From Spirochaetota bacterium (GTDB lineage Bacteria > Spirochaetota > Leptospiria > Turneriellales > Turneriellaceae), in NCBI GenBank assembly GCA_963205035.1, contig CAUJII010000013.1, forward strand, positions 1 through 47,272: a stretch of DNA of 47,272 nt, read 5' to 3'. Position numbers and translations under genes: made by a program. Every line of letters starts with the position of its first letter. Within the stretch, counting starts at the first letter, position 1. Below the pieces are notes generated by a model that worked only from the letters and a program-made list of their open reading frames with translations, was not told where the DNA came from and made no database searches. This document shows, one piece after another, positions 18,067-29,004 of the stretch.

Positions 18067-21000
18067 TTAGTTGCGGTATAGGTAATACATCGAGCGCATC
18101 GACGCCTGTTTACCCTTTAGACTTTTCAATGCGGAAATATACGCATCTTCAATCGTCGTTTTTTCTTTTTCGAGATGTCTCACCATGGTTTGCGTGAACG
18201 AAGCAAATCCTCCATAAGTATCAGCGCTCGTGCAGAAGAGATGGTAACCGCGAGGTTGAAGATTACCCAGACTATCGAGCGCGATAGGGTTCGCATAAAC
18301 GCTCAGATCCGCACTTGTCGAATCTTGCGCCGCTTTGACAACCAGCTTCGTCGCCTCGTCCGATGTCGAACCTCTACCCCACTCGGCATAAAGCACCGAG
18401 TAAAGCGGTGCATCCTGCTTTTTTGCAAGAGCAAGCTCCGCGACTGGAGCGAGATCCTCTTGTGTGGTGCTCGAACCCGAAATTAAAATCGCTCCGCGTG
18501 GTGGAGTGATCTCTTTTTGTACGAACAGATTTTTTTTCGGGGCGTATGCCAGATACTTGAGCGACGAACTTAAATCTTGAGTCGTCTCCTCGTCGAAGGA
18601 CTTCATCCTTTTGAACGCAAACTCAGCACCGTTAAAAGACCAAAGGTACGTTTCGTCGGTGAAAAGTTCGGTATAGCCATAACTACCCTTCGGGAGCGTT
18701 TGCAAATTTTCCCATGACCGCCCCATGCCTTGTTGGCGTAAAACCAAATCGATGGCCATTGGGAGTTTCTCTTGCGTGATGTAGTACTTAACCAAAAGAG
18801 AACAGCTACTCGTCGCGCAGTTGACATCTGCACTGCCTTTGTCTATTGCCTTGTTTAAGAAGAGTAAATCCGCCTTTACTTTCTTATCGCTCTCAAATGA
18901 GCTTTCGCCCGCCACGACAATCGGCTCGGGTAGGGGCTTCACCGTCGCCCCGAAAAGCGCCATGAGATTCTGCGCCGATTTGACACCCGAAGTAGCGACA
19001 AATTCAGGCGGCGCAGTAAAAATCGCCGCAGCACCTTTCTTATAGACGCTACCCGTCGAAGCAAGCAACCGATAAAATGTTACGGCTTGCGCATTTTTTG
19101 CTTTGTCGATGGATTTATTACCGTACTCAGTAAGAAGATCGGCGGCGATTGAATTGATGTCTTCCGTAGCTTTACGCTCGGCTAAAATTCTCAAGAGTGA
19201 AAAGGCCAGCAAATGCTCCGACGTCGTCTGGTTACGCTTGACCAAAATTTTCTGAATAAAAGGGAGCGCGTCTTTTGCAAAGCCTGCTTCAAGAAGAGAG
19301 AGGGCATGGTTGAACTCAATGTCCTCAATATTATTGGACACAGAAAAATCCTTCTTCCCATTCGTAAACCAGGCTTTGATGCGCGCTCGTTCAACGCGTT
19401 CTTCGGTATCTGCATTACGATTCTGCAAACACGAACTCAAGATGAGTTGGAATTCCAGCGCGTCAGTCGCGGCTTGACAGATTTCATTCTTGAGTTCTTC
19501 GCTCTTCACCTGCTGTTTAATTTTCAAGTCGGGAATAACTTCCCGAGTTTCCGTCACGGCCTGCCATGGAGCAGCCTCTCTTAATTCGCTCAAGTTACCT
19601 GTTTGGAGCGCATTGAGTTGGCGCAACGCTTCGTATTCCGCCGCATCTTTTGAAAGATTTTTTTTCAAATCTTTATTCTCAATAAAGAACTGGCGGGCCT
19701 TATTTTCATCGGCTGCACGCAAGAGCATTTTGAAATAGTTGCGTTTCTCGGCAAGCGAAGAGTTATTATCGAACTGGACTTGCTGCACATACTGTGTGCT
19801 CGTAACCCTCTCGCCTTGAATAAAATAGAGCTCTGCCGCAAGGAGTCTTAAAGCATCGTCGTCTGGAAAAATCGAGACTGCATCGTCTGCATACGCCGTC
19901 GCTAAGGTGTAGTCTCGCTCCTTCCGCGCCTTCTCCACCTTCGCCAAATAGATGGCCTTCTGTGCGCTCAGAGCCTTCTTGTTGTCCTGCGTTTTTCTAT
20001 CTCCTATTAAGAGAGTGCCGGACGCAATGGCACCATCCGTCAGATAGGCTTCGATGGCCGGTTGCGCTTTGGCTCGTGACTGGAATGTATGGAGCACTCT
20101 GCCCGCGCCTAATGCTGAGAAATAAAGATCGGATGCGAGCATATAATCGTAAATATCGCGGTTCTGAAGAGTATCTCTGCTTTGGAACGAAGTGATCGCA
20201 TAATTGGGGTTACTCCGCAGAGCAAAAAGTGCCGCAGGAGTTAAGAGTGCGTTATCGATGACAACGGCCTTGCGAGTCAATGCCGCTTCATAATCGATGA
20301 CGTTGCGGTGAAGCGCGGCTGCTTTGACTTCTTGTAGATTATGCACACGCAGAAGCTTCTGCGAAGTTTTGTAATCCACCGTGTTACCGCCGCCGAAGCT
20401 AAAAAAGCTACTCACTTTTGCAAGTTGTAAGACACTGCGTTCTGCAAGTCCCTTGTTCTTCACAAAGTTTACCGCTGCACGAAGCGAAGTCTGTAAGCTT
20501 AATTTTTCAATATCTGGGATTTTTTGAATCTCTGTGAAAAGCGGGGCAGAGAAAATCAACGTCGACGCCTTCGTTGCTTTCAAAATGCGTTCTAATTCTT
20601 CAGAAAACGGCTTTTCCTTATCGATTTTCTTTAATTCGTAGAGGACGCGCGCACCACGATTGCTATGGTTCGTGCGTGCATAGACGATTAAGGTTTCATC
20701 GCGTGGTGATAACGCATAAAGAATTCCGTCGTTGGCGGCTGTGGCCAAGTCTTTTTCGCTTACACCGACAGAAAATAGCGTTTCATAGTGATAGCCTGTG
20801 GAATCTGGCTCCATCAGTGCTTGGCGCAGCTTCTGAGCCTTTTTGTCCGCTTCGAGCAACGCCTTTTCTAAGACCTGTGAGTTTTGCCTCGCCAAGCGAG
20901 CGTTGCGAATCTGCGTAGAAAGAATACCTCGTTGCGTTTCGACGCCCAACAACTGACTGAAAGAGTCGTTCTTGTCTCCCACAAACTTCAAGTCGTTGAA

Positions 21001-24000
21001 GTAAAGGAACAAAGATACCGCCTGTTTTTTTCTGTCTTCGATTCTAAGTGCCTCGGCATAGTCGCGCCGCTTGATGGCGCGATCCGCCAAAATGTCGCTC
21101 AGGCGTTCAAAGAGATCGGTGTTCTCTTTGAGAAACCACGCGTTGTCGAGAAAATATTTTACAAGCGACTGGTACGGAGCTATCGAAACTTTGTCTGCAT
21201 CGCCTGCATCTTCGTGGACTCGGTAAAGACGATACGCTGCAATCGCATATTCTAATTGCGCGTTAAACTCTTGACTACGTTCGAGAATCGTCTTGAGTTC
21301 AGTCGCAGATTCTTCGGCAAGATTCATTTCTTGGAGTATCTTTGCCCTGTTCATCGCCAGCTTGATTCTCAAAGAGTTATTTTTGGAATCGGGCTCAAAC
21401 GCCGGATAGATATCTTCTGAAGTCGAGGCAGAAAATCCTCGAAAATACTTCAGCGCAGTTTGATATTTTGAAAACGTTGCATTCTTGCGAGTGAGATACG
21501 TATCAAAGTCTTCGACTCTGTCATAGACTTTTCCTTCAAAATCTGCAAGCTGTGCTTCATGCGCTAAGTAAAGGCCTTTGAAGAACAATACCGATTGGAA
21601 TTCGCTCTGCACATTTTCGCGCAACTTTTTAATTTCTGCTTCTGTAAGCTGCGGGTGATCGGGATCGGCTTTCTCTTCAACGCGAGCTTTCGCGCTCTTC
21701 AAACGAATCTCGAACATTCGGTTTTCATACGCATCGATTTCGGCCGCGTAGCGGTGTGCGGTTTTGATTTTTTCGCTAACGGGAACCACCTCTGTTTCGA
21801 GCTTCCGCAGTTTACAAAGTTCGATGTTCTTGCGGAACGTGAGCGCCGCCGCCGAATTCTTAGACTTCACCGCTTGTTTGAGCGCGTCTTCGTAAAGCGC
21901 ACGGGCGCCATCCCAACTGCGCAGAGAAAATTCGAGTTCGGCACGCCGACTGACCGCAACATTCAAAGTCTCTCGGCCATGTTTGGTATTGTCTTTTTTT
22001 GCGTACTCGATGAGTTTTCCCAAGGCTTGAGATGCTTCGGCCAGGAGTCCCTTGCTTCGGTAGATTTCTGCCCGGATCGAGTACATGAGCTCATAACGAT
22101 TCACTGTCGGCAGAACAAAAGCTAAGTGATTTTCACCAATCACGACATCATCGTAAGGCAGCTTGTAAATAAGTCCCACAAGCCAAGTCCAAGGTTCGTA
22201 CACCCAGAACCATTTGATACGGATTTTATATTTCGGAATGGGAATTTCTTCTTCTTTAGAAAGCGCACTTTCTGCCTTCTGAGTATTCTCTAAAGATGCG
22301 GTCAAATCACCCGATCGCAAATAAAGCCTCGCCAGTTCCAGATGAATGAGCGACACAGGGGTCGGCGAGGCTGTCTGCCTGTGCTCAATCAAGACGGTCT
22401 GCAAATAGTTAATCGCGGCGGGTAAATTCTGCGAGTACTCGCTATTGAGAGCGAAGGTTTTGTACGCAATTTCGCGGCGGGCTTGGTTCAGACGTTGTGT
22501 CTTGCCATCGACGCCGACAATCGGGTAGCGTGGGTTCAAATTATTTTCGACATACCGAAGATAGCGCGCCGCTGCGTCGTTTTTTCCCGTAAAATACAGA
22601 GTTCTACCTAAATGGTAGTAGAACATCATCTCTTGCTCTGGAGTTTCAAACTGATAATTGGGATTCCCGTTCTTATCGAGGATTGCAGTGTAGTGTTCCT
22701 CCGCTTGGCTGTAGTTATTGAGCAAGAAATAATTGTTCGCAATGTTCAAATGAAAGCTATTGCGGACACGCGCAGAACCTTTCCCCGCAAAAAGAGCTAA
22801 CGTGCGTTGATAGAGTCGGATATTTTTTTCAAACAAATAATCGGGAAAAAAGGACTTGTAAAGAGATTCAAAAATTTCTCTATCTCGCTTTCCTGACGAG
22901 ACATCCAACACAACCTCACGCTTTTCGTCGATGAATTGATACATCCACCCCAGCATGATATACGCATCGGCAAAGCGGGGATTGGCGAAGAAGCACCAGT
23001 TGAGGTCAATTTCGGCCTTTCTAAAATATTCAAAGACCGCTTTTTTTTCAGACTTCGTGAGCCCTTCTGCCTCTGCACGCAAGTGCCGCTCGATACCCAA
23101 CTGCGCGCGCAAGAAGCCGCGACCAAAAATAAACTCCGTCACCAAATCACGCCGTGCCAGGTCGATGCGAGAATCATAGAACGAAAGAATACTCTTCAAA
23201 AGTTTTTCGTCTTTCGTCGCCGCACGTAAACCAATTTGATCGAGGCTCAGCGTGAAATCGAGCATCTCTCCCGAATTGAGTTCCTTCGTCCACTTGTTGC
23301 CATGCGCTGCTAAATATAAATCGAGTAGCCCCTGATAAACTTGCGCCTCGCCCTTGTCGTCGCGTACCGCACGTCGTGCGTCCGCTTGGTTTTTGAAGTA
23401 CGCCCCAATTTTTGCGATGACCGTGCGCACGTTCGTCGGAGTTTCAGAATCGCGGTAATTTCTGACCGCATCCATATAGATTGCCATCGCCGCGTCTGCA
23501 CCCTTTTGGATTTCAGCATTTTCTGCCGAAACAATCGACGCGTAATAATGGTAGAGCGATCCCGCAGGAGCGAGCTTTCGCACTTGTGCAACATCGCTTT
23601 CGGATTCTGTATAGAGTCCCTTGTTCGAATAATCGCGAGCAGACGCCAAACGGTAGAGTGCGTTGAGCGATTTATTCTTCGATGCAGGGTATGCTTCTAA
23701 GAACTGCTCTTGAAGTTGTCTGTTGCCCGCCGCAAGCTGTTTTTCGTAAAATGCAAGTATCGCCTTCTCTGCACGGCGTCTAATCCAAGGACGGATTGTA
23801 ATCTTGTCGTTTTTGTCGGATGCAAAATAATCGGGGAGGAGCGTCGCATCGGGTTTATCTGCCAGAACATAAATGAGCTCTGCTGCGGGTAAGGTCGTCG
23901 TGTCGAGCGCTCCGTTTTCAAAGAGAAGTTCGTCGAGTGCAATATAGTTGGGGTTCTGTCGCAAGATGCGGCGGATTGCTTTTTGCGCTTCCTTATGTTT

Positions 24001-25731
24001 GCCGCTATGCACATAATAAAGCGCTTCTTCATGGCGAATAAACGTCAGTATGGCAAGATAGTCTGTATTGTCTTCGTCGTCGCGGTAATGCTCCCACAGC
24101 TTCTTATTATTCTGAACGCTCTCGAAATATTTGGGTATGTTAGAGAGATCCGCCAAAGGTTCTAAGTCGGCCTTGTCGGCTAAGTCTGCGTATTCGGGAT
24201 CTATTTTTGCAACGTCGAAAAGTAAGCGATAAAGCACAAGTTCATCGGCGGGAAGGCTTGCGAGATAGCCGCTAAATTCTGCCGCAGTTTCTTTGCTGCA
24301 CTGCGCGCTGCGCATTGCACTCAACGCGTCATAGACGATATAGTTGGGAGAGTTTTCAAACGCAGCCGGGAGCTGCTCTAACCCCATGCAGATGCGGGCT
24401 TTATCTTTTGTTTTCTTCGCCTGTGTTTGAAGAAACCGTAATTGATGCCGCATATTCCCTTTGATGGGAATCGAACCCGATAGGGGAATGAAGGCAACGT
24501 TGATATCTTCGCCCTTGAGTTGTGCCAGCACAACGCTGCCGCCAATAAACTGTGTCACCCGCGAATCGAAGACACTGTCCGATGGAGACGTCAGCGGAAC
24601 AAAGTCATCGTCGGCCATGAGCGCACTTTGATCGATAACTTCTTTCGGCGCAATCTTTTCTGTTTTCTTAGTTCTATCATCTTCAGCCGCTGAATTACTC
24701 GCACTCGTTGTCAAATCACTCTTTTCTGATTTGCCTTCTTCTTTCTCATCGACGAGGGCGTCTTCTGGCCCGTCGGGAAAGATGCGAATGATTTGTCCTG
24801 CATCTTTTCTATCGATTTGCCCGTCGTTATTCGAGTCGTGCGCGATACGCGTTAGAACGATACTCTTGCCATCGGCCGTGTAAGTCGGATAGAAATCTAA
24901 TTGGTTTCCCGTCGTGAACTTGCGGCGTGCGAGCGTCGCGAGATCAATTTCATAAACTGCGCCGTGCGAGGCTTCGTCTTCGTACGAAATATAAACAAGA
25001 CGCGTACCGTCGGGAGAAAAAGACGGCATCACTCCGCCTAAGGTCGTCACCTGCCTTTTTGCACCCGGATTAGAAACCGGCATCACCCAAATATTTTGTA
25101 GTGCCCCCGCACCCGCACCCAAATCGTCTGCCTTAGACGGGACAAGATCCGTACTCCAAGCGACAGATTTGCCGTCAGGCGACCATGTGGGGTTTGCGTC
25201 TCGTGCACGGACACGATTTTTTTCACTGTTCGTTAAATTCTTGGCGCTGGATGAAAACCAGCCGTCGTCGTTCTCTTTGCCCTTGCGGTAGTTATCGATC
25301 TTTTTTTTGGGATCGACTTTGAGTAAGACGATATCTCCGTCGGGGTCGAGTTCGTCGTCGACATAGAGCAAGTATTTTCCGTCAGGACTAATGGACGGTT
25401 CGCGCTGGTTCGTGACCGTTGATACGACGGGTATTGAAAACACATCGGTCAAGTCGCGCAAGAAAATGTCGTAGTTACCCGAAGTATTCGAGGAGTAATA
25501 AAGATATTTCTGATCGGCTGAGATCGATCCACTGTACGATTCGCCGCGCTCCATCGTGATGGGAATAATTCCACCGTCGCCGTTCACGTATTGAGTTTCG
25601 TAAAGATTCTTGTAACTGAACGAAGCATCGTCCCTCACCTCTCCCGAAGCGCAATTCAAGAGACTCGCGCCCCCGCTCAAGACGAGTAGCGAGCGTATTA
25701 AAAAAGTTCGGACGTTAATTAACCGCATCAC
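18067..25731 (-). CDS. Giant (2554 aa) lipoprotein: TolB-like PD40 propeller, TPR arrays, degenerate CHAT-like C-terminus
   Basis: Lipobox ...ASLLNC; PD40 repeats PSISPDGK, PTWSPDGK, PSFSPDGT and PTYTADGK; EF-hand/dockerin-like DSNNDGQIDRKD; TPRs such as NPRFADAYIMLGWMY and NIANNYFLLNNYSQA. Confidence 0.8.
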   Translation of the reverse strand: MMRLINVRTFLIRSLLVLSGGASLLNCASGEVRDDASFSYKNLYETQYVNGDGGIIPITMERGESYSGSISADQKYLYYSSNTSGNYDIFLRDLTDVFSIPVVSTVTNQREPSISPDGKYLLYVDDELDPDGDIVLLKVDPKKKIDNYRKGKENDDGWFSSSAKNLTNSEKNRVRARDANPTWSPDGKSVAWSTDLVPSKADDLGAGAGALQNIWVMPVSNPGAKRQVTTLGGVMPSFSPDGTRLVYISYEDEASHGAVYEIDLATLARRKFTTGNQLDFYPTYTADGKSIVLTRIAHDSNNDGQIDRKDAGQIIRIFPDGPEDALVDEKEEGKSEKSDLTTSASNSAAEDDRTKKTEKIAPKEVIDQSALMADDDFVPLTSPSDSVFDSRVTQFIGGSVVLAQLKGEDINVAFIPLSGSIPIKGNMRHQLRFLQTQAKKTKDKARICMGLEQLPAAFENSPNYIVYDALSAMRSAQCSKETAAEFSGYLASLPADELVLYRLLFDVAKIDPEYADLADKADLEPLADLSNIPKYFESVQNNKKLWEHYRDDEDNTDYLAILTFIRHEEALYYVHSGKHKEAQKAIRRILRQNPNYIALDELLFENGALDTTTLPAAELIYVLADKPDATLLPDYFASDKNDKITIRPWIRRRAEKAILAFYEKQLAAGNRQLQEQFLEAYPASKNKSLNALYRLASARDYSNKGLYTESESDVAQVRKLAPAGSLYHYYASIVSAENAEIQKGADAAMAIYMDAVRNYRDSETPTNVRTVIAKIGAYFKNQADARRAVRDDKGEAQVYQGLLDLYLAAHGNKWTKELNSGEMLDFTLSLDQIGLRAATKDEKLLKSILSFYDSRIDLARRDLVTEFIFGRGFLRAQLGIERHLRAEAEGLTKSEKKAVFEYFRKAEIDLNWCFFANPRFADAYIMLGWMYQFIDEKREVVLDVSSGKRDREIFESLYKSFFPDYLFEKNIRLYQRTLALFAGKGSARVRNSFHLNIANNYFLLNNYSQAEEHYTAILDKNGNPNYQFETPEQEMMFYYHLGRTLYFTGKNDAAARYLRYVENNLNPRYPIVGVDGKTQRLNQARREIAYKTFALNSEYSQNLPAAINYLQTVLIEHRQTASPTPVSLIHLELARLYLRSGDLTASLENTQKAESALSKEEEIPIPKYKIRIKWFWVYEPWTWLVGLIYKLPYDDVVIGENHLAFVLPTVNRYELMYSIRAEIYRSKGLLAEASQALGKLIEYAKKDNTKHGRETLNVAVSRRAELEFSLRSWDGARALYEDALKQAVKSKNSAAALTFRKNIELCKLRKLETEVVPVSEKIKTAHRYAAEIDAYENRMFEIRLKSAKARVEEKADPDHPQLTEAEIKKLRENVQSEFQSVLFFKGLYLAHEAQLADFEGKVYDRVEDFDTYLTRKNATFSKYQTALKYFRGFSASTSEDIYPAFEPDSKNNSLRIKLAMNRAKILQEMNLAEESATELKTILERSQEFNAQLEYAIAAYRLYRVHEDAGDADKVSIAPYQSLVKYFLDNAWFLKENTDLFERLSDILADRAIKRRDYAEALRIEDRKKQAVSLFLYFNDLKFVGDKNDSFSQLLGVETQRGILSTQIRNARLARQNSQVLEKALLEADKKAQKLRQALMEPDSTGYHYETLFSVGVSEKDLATAANDGILYALSPRDETLIVYARTNHSNRGARVLYELKKIDKEKPFSEELERILKATKASTLIFSAPLFTEIQKIPDIEKLSLQTSLRAAVNFVKNKGLAERSVLQLAKVSSFFSFGGGNTVDYKTSQKLLRVHNLQEVKAAALHRNVIDYEAALTRKAVVIDNALLTPAALFALRSNPNYAITSFQSRDTLQNRDIYDYMLASDLYFSALGAGRVLHTFQSRAKAQPAIEAYLTDGAIASGTLLIGDRKTQDNKKALSAQKAIYLAKVEKARKERDYTLATAYADDAVSIFPDDDALRLLAAELYFIQGERVTSTQYVQQVQFDNNSSLAEKRNYFKMLLRAADENKARQFFIENKDLKKNLSKDAAEYEALRQLNALQTGNLSELREAAPWQAVTETREVIPDLKIKQQVKSEELKNEICQAATDALEFQLILSSCLQNRNADTEERVERARIKAWFTNGKKDFSVSNNIEDIEFNHALSLLEAGFAKDALPFIQKILVKRNQTTSEHLLAFSLLRILAERKATEDINSIAADLLTEYGNKSIDKAKNAQAVTFYRLLASTGSVYKKGAAAIFTAPPEFVATSGVKSAQNLMALFGATVKPLPEPIVVAGESSFESDKKVKADLLFLNKAIDKGSADVNCATSSCSLLVKYYITQEKLPMAIDLVLRQQGMGRSWENLQTLPKGSYGYTELFTDETYLWSFNGAEFAFKRMKSFDEETTQDLSSSLKYLAYAPKKNLFVQKEITPPRGAILISGSSTTQEDLAPVAELALAKKQDAPLYSVLYAEWGRGSTSDEATKLVVKAAQDSTSADLSVYANPIALDSLGNLQPRGYHLFCTSADTYGGFASFTQTMVRHLEKEKTTIEDAYISALKSLKGKQASMRSMYYLYRN

Positions 25732-26441
25732 TGCACTCTAAATTCTTGTGTCGCGATAACTTCTCCATTGGGACTAAAGACATGGACACGGAACCGGCCC
25801 GCGTGGTCGAAGTTTTCTTTCTGGAACTGCGTACTAAAATAACGCCAATTTGCCTTGACGGTCCCCTCGATCTGAGACACGCTTTCTTCTTTCGTCATGT
25901 TGCTCGAATCGGTATAGACTTCTGTGAGTTTCACAATCACTTTGTCTTGCCCCATGCGGCCGCCTGCGGTAAAAAATAGGTACACGGTTTTGTTTTTGGG
26001 GAAGGTTAAGTTCGCACTACTCAAGTTACGAATATTCGTTTCTTCAATCGGCGCACTCGAAAGATAAACCGCAGCCCGCGAGCTCGTGGTGAAGAATGTC
26101 CAATAGATAATGAGTAAGAGGAGAGCCGCAACTACACCATAGACGGCAAATTTGCGCCAACGGGGCGGTTCATCGTCGTCGGCAAACGCGGCGGGTTGCG
26201 ACTCACCCGCAGTGAGTCTTTTGAGTCTACTTTCCATAATCTTTTCTGTTTCTTTATCTGCGTTTTGGTGCGGCAAGCCATTTTTATCTTCAGCGGAATG
26301 GCTTTCGTTTGGACTGTCTTCACCGGCACGGGTATTTTTCATGTCACTGACAAATTCGCCTAAATCAGAAGCCTCACCGCCCTGCTCTCTCAGGTCGTCT
26401 GCTACAGCTTTGCGGAAAATGTCCTTTCGGTTTTTCTTCAA
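25728..26441 (-). CDS. Hypothetical single-pass membrane protein
   Basis: Charged, disordered N-terminus, one TM helix (FAVYGVVAALLLLIIYWTFF) and a beta-rich C-domain. 4-bp overlaps with both neighbours. Confidence 0.7.
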   Translation of the reverse strand: MKKNRKDIFRKAVADDLREQGGEASDLGEFVSDMKNTRAGEDSPNESHSAEDKNGLPHQNADKETEKIMESRLKRLTAGESQPAAFADDDEPPRWRKFAVYGVVAALLLLIIYWTFFTTSSRAAVYLSSAPIEETNIRNLSSANLTFPKNKTVYLFFTAGGRMGQDKVIVKLTEVYTDSSNMTKEESVSQIEGTVKANWRYFSTQFQKENFDHAGRFRVHVFSPNGEVIATQEFRVQ

Positions 26442-27232
26442 GGCATGCCCTCGATAGCGCCCCAGCCGAAATGGGGAACGAGTTCTTGCGCCAAATTTTG
26501 GTATGCCACAGCGACTTTGTTGTGCGGGGCGTATTCAAAAATATCCTGCCTCAAAAGATGCGCTTCTTCAACGGCTACCGAACGGGGGATTGAAGTCTTC
26601 AAGATCGGTAAAATTTTCTCGACTTCTGGAATCATCGCCTGTGCAAGCGTGGTTCTTCCGTCGTGGAGCGTCAAGCACCCGCCTAAAATTTTCAAGTTCG
26701 CATTATAGCGGCGATTCACAGTCGAGACAGCGTCGCGGATATTCTGGATGCCGTCTATCGAAAACTTGGATATTTGCAACGGGACCAAAAGAAAATCGGC
26801 GGCGACCATGGCGTTTATGGTAATAACCGAAAGCGACGGCGGGCAATCGAGAAGAATAAGATCGAATTCGTTCTTGAGGCCCTCGAGTGCGTCCTTGAGT
26901 TTGAAAAAGCCATCGAGTGCTCCTGAGAGTTGTGATTCGACTTCGACTAAGTGCAAACTCGACGGAATGATAAAAAAATTCGGTACCGCCGTCTGGTGAA
27001 GGAGTGCGCTTGTGGGTTTCGACGCTTGAAAGAGAGCGTGCACAGAAACTTCGGGTGGGATGTCTTTTGCCCCTCCCAAAAGAATGGAGGTCGCATTACG
27101 CTGCGAATCTAAATCGATGAGTAAAATTTTCTTCTCGGGAAAAAAACGCGCAAACGCATGCGCCAACGCCAAACTTGTCGTCGTCTTGGCAACCCCGCCC
27201 TTTTGGTTGGTTATGGAAAGTACCGTAGCCAT
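26438..27232 (-). CDS. ParA/Soj family ATPase
   Basis: NQKGGVAKTT, IDLDSQRNAT, LDCPPSL and IPRSVAVEEA. Start placed at MATVLS. Confidence 0.92.
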   Translation of the reverse strand: MATVLSITNQKGGVAKTTTSLALAHAFARFFPEKKILLIDLDSQRNATSILLGGAKDIPPEVSVHALFQASKPTSALLHQTAVPNFFIIPSSLHLVEVESQLSGALDGFFKLKDALEGLKNEFDLILLDCPPSLSVITINAMVAADFLLVPLQISKFSIDGIQNIRDAVSTVNRRYNANLKILGGCLTLHDGRTTLAQAMIPEVEKILPILKTSIPRSVAVEEAHLLRQDIFEYAPHNKVAVAYQNLAQELVPHFGWGAIEGMP

Positions 27233-27277
27233 AGTTAAACCTTTTGTGCGCAGCGCGCACAAAAATCCGAAGTGGGA

Positions 27278-27925
27278 TTAATCCCACTTAAATTTTTTCG
27301 CATCAGCCAAAAATTTCTCAAGCCCTTGATCGGTGAGCGGGTGCTTCACGAGCTGGTTAAAAACACTAAAGGGAATCGTTGCTACATCGGCCCCCATGAG
27401 CGCGGCTTCTTTGAGGTGGATCGGGTGGCGGATGCTCGCGACTAAAACCCTGGTTCCAAATTCGTAGTTGTCATAGACCTGAACAATGTCTTCGATGAGG
27501 TCCATGCCTTCGGCGCTGATGTCGTCTAAACGGCCGACAAAAGGAGAGATGTAAGTCGCGCCGACTTTCGCCGCGAGAAGAGCTTGGTTGACTGAAAAGC
27601 ACAACGTCACGTTTGTGTCGATGCCTTCTTCGCTTAAAACCTTGACCGCTTTGAGCCCCTCTGGAATCAAAGGAACTTTCACGACGACATTTTTTGCAAT
27701 CTTGGCAAGCTCTCTGGCTTCCTTGAGAATTCCTTCTTTGTCTATCGAAAGAACTTCTGCGGACACAGGCCCTTCGACAATCGAGCAAATTTCTTGGATG
27801 ACTGCCTTGAAAGGTTTACCCGTCTTCGCAATGAGCGAGGGGTTCGTTGTCACTCCGTCTAAGATGCCGAGTTCATGCGCTGCTTTGATTTCTTCTATGT
27901 CTGCCGTATCGATAAAAAATTCCAT
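27278..27925 (-). CDS. tal: Transaldolase / fructose-6-phosphate aldolase family (TalC/Fsa)
   Basis: [40 protein letters not shown] and HPLTDQG. Start at MEFFID. Confidence 0.93.
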   Translation of the reverse strand: MEFFIDTADIEEIKAAHELGILDGVTTNPSLIAKTGKPFKAVIQEICSIVEGPVSAEVLSIDKEGILKEARELAKIAKNVVVKVPLIPEGLKAVKVLSEEGIDTNVTLCFSVNQALLAAKVGATYISPFVGRLDDISAEGMDLIEDIVQVYDNYEFGTRVLVASIRHPIHLKEAALMGADVATIPFSVFNQLVKHPLTDQGLEKFLADAKKFKWD

Positions 27926-27929
27926 AGGT

Positions 27930-29003
27930 TCAAAAAAAGGCGGGGACGGCGTTGTCAATTGCTTTCAATGCCTTCTGCATCAAACTCGAATGGCACCTCT
28001 TCAGGAGTTCCCCGCATGAAAAAAATTCAAGCTCCTTTAGACCCGCCGGGCTCGCTCGCAGCACAACTCGGATGCGGTGGTGCGTTATGGAATGGGTAAA
28101 TTCGATAGGTTGGATTACCTCTCGCACACCTCTTTCATTCGCGAGCGACAACAGAAGCCCTTTGGGTAGTTTCCCCTTGATATGGTTATTGCTATCTCTA
28201 ACAATACTCGGGAATAAGAGTTCTCCCCGCAGAAAAGGAAATTCGACAGGGCTTTGAACTACGCCATATAAACCGTCTTTTTTTATGAGGAACATCTCCC
28301 ACAAAATTTCAACGGGTACTCGCGGCGGCTTCTTGCGAGGAAAAGCACCCTCTTCCCCTTTTTCATACGCTCGGCAAAATTGTGCGGCGAAACAGATATG
28401 ACAAAGCGGTTTCTTCTTGCAAATGGTTTGACCCCACTGCATGAGGGCTTCGTTGAATTCGCCGGCGTCTTCTGCCTCATTCAAAAAATACGCGCCTTTC
28501 TCGCGCAGCGTTTTCTCAAACCGTGCCGTCCCTTGTTCGTCTTCAACAGCAAAAAGACGCGAGAGCACCCGTGCATGGTTTGCATCGAGAGATAGAATTT
28601 TTTCGCCGTTAAAGATCGACGCGATGATCGCGGCGGTATAGCGGCCAATACCCGAGATTTTCTCAAGCGTTTCTGCTTCGCGCGGCATTTTTCCGCCATA
28701 ATGCAAAATAATTTCTTTTGCACCTTTGTGCAAATTCCGCGCACGGCTATAATAGCCCATGCCTCGAAACGCTTCGAGAACAGCGCTTTCTTCTGCGCTC
28801 GCGAGCGAAGCGATTGTGGGGAATTTTTTCAGAAATGCCGTGAGCTTTTCTTGTGCGGCAGAAATCTGCGTCTGCTGCAAAAAAATCTCGGTAACCCACG
28901 TACTGTAAGGCGTTCTGTTTTTTCTGAAACTATATTTGTCTCTCTCGTGTGAATACCACTGGCTCAAGCGCGAAAGAATTTCAGAAATCGTAGAGTGCCG
29001 CAT
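27930..29003 (-). CDS. mutY: A/G-specific adenine glycosylase MutY
   Basis: [21 protein letters not shown], HhH GIGRYTA, LDAN, and a [4Fe-4S] C-X6-C-X2-C-X5-C motif. Confidence 0.9.
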   Translation of the reverse strand: MRHSTISEILSRLSQWYSHERDKYSFRKNRTPYSTWVTEIFLQQTQISAAQEKLTAFLKKFPTIASLASAEESAVLEAFRGMGYYSRARNLHKGAKEIILHYGGKMPREAETLEKISGIGRYTAAIIASIFNGEKILSLDANHARVLSRLFAVEDEQGTARFEKTLREKGAYFLNEAEDAGEFNEALMQWGQTICKKKPLCHICFAAQFCRAYEKGEEGAFPRKKPPRVPVEILWEMFLIKKDGLYGVVQSPVEFPFLRGELLFPSIVRDSNNHIKGKLPKGLLLSLANERGVREVIQPIEFTHSITHHRIRVVLRASPAGLKELEFFSCGELLKRCHSSLMQKALKAIDNAVPAFF

Positions 29004-29004
29004 T

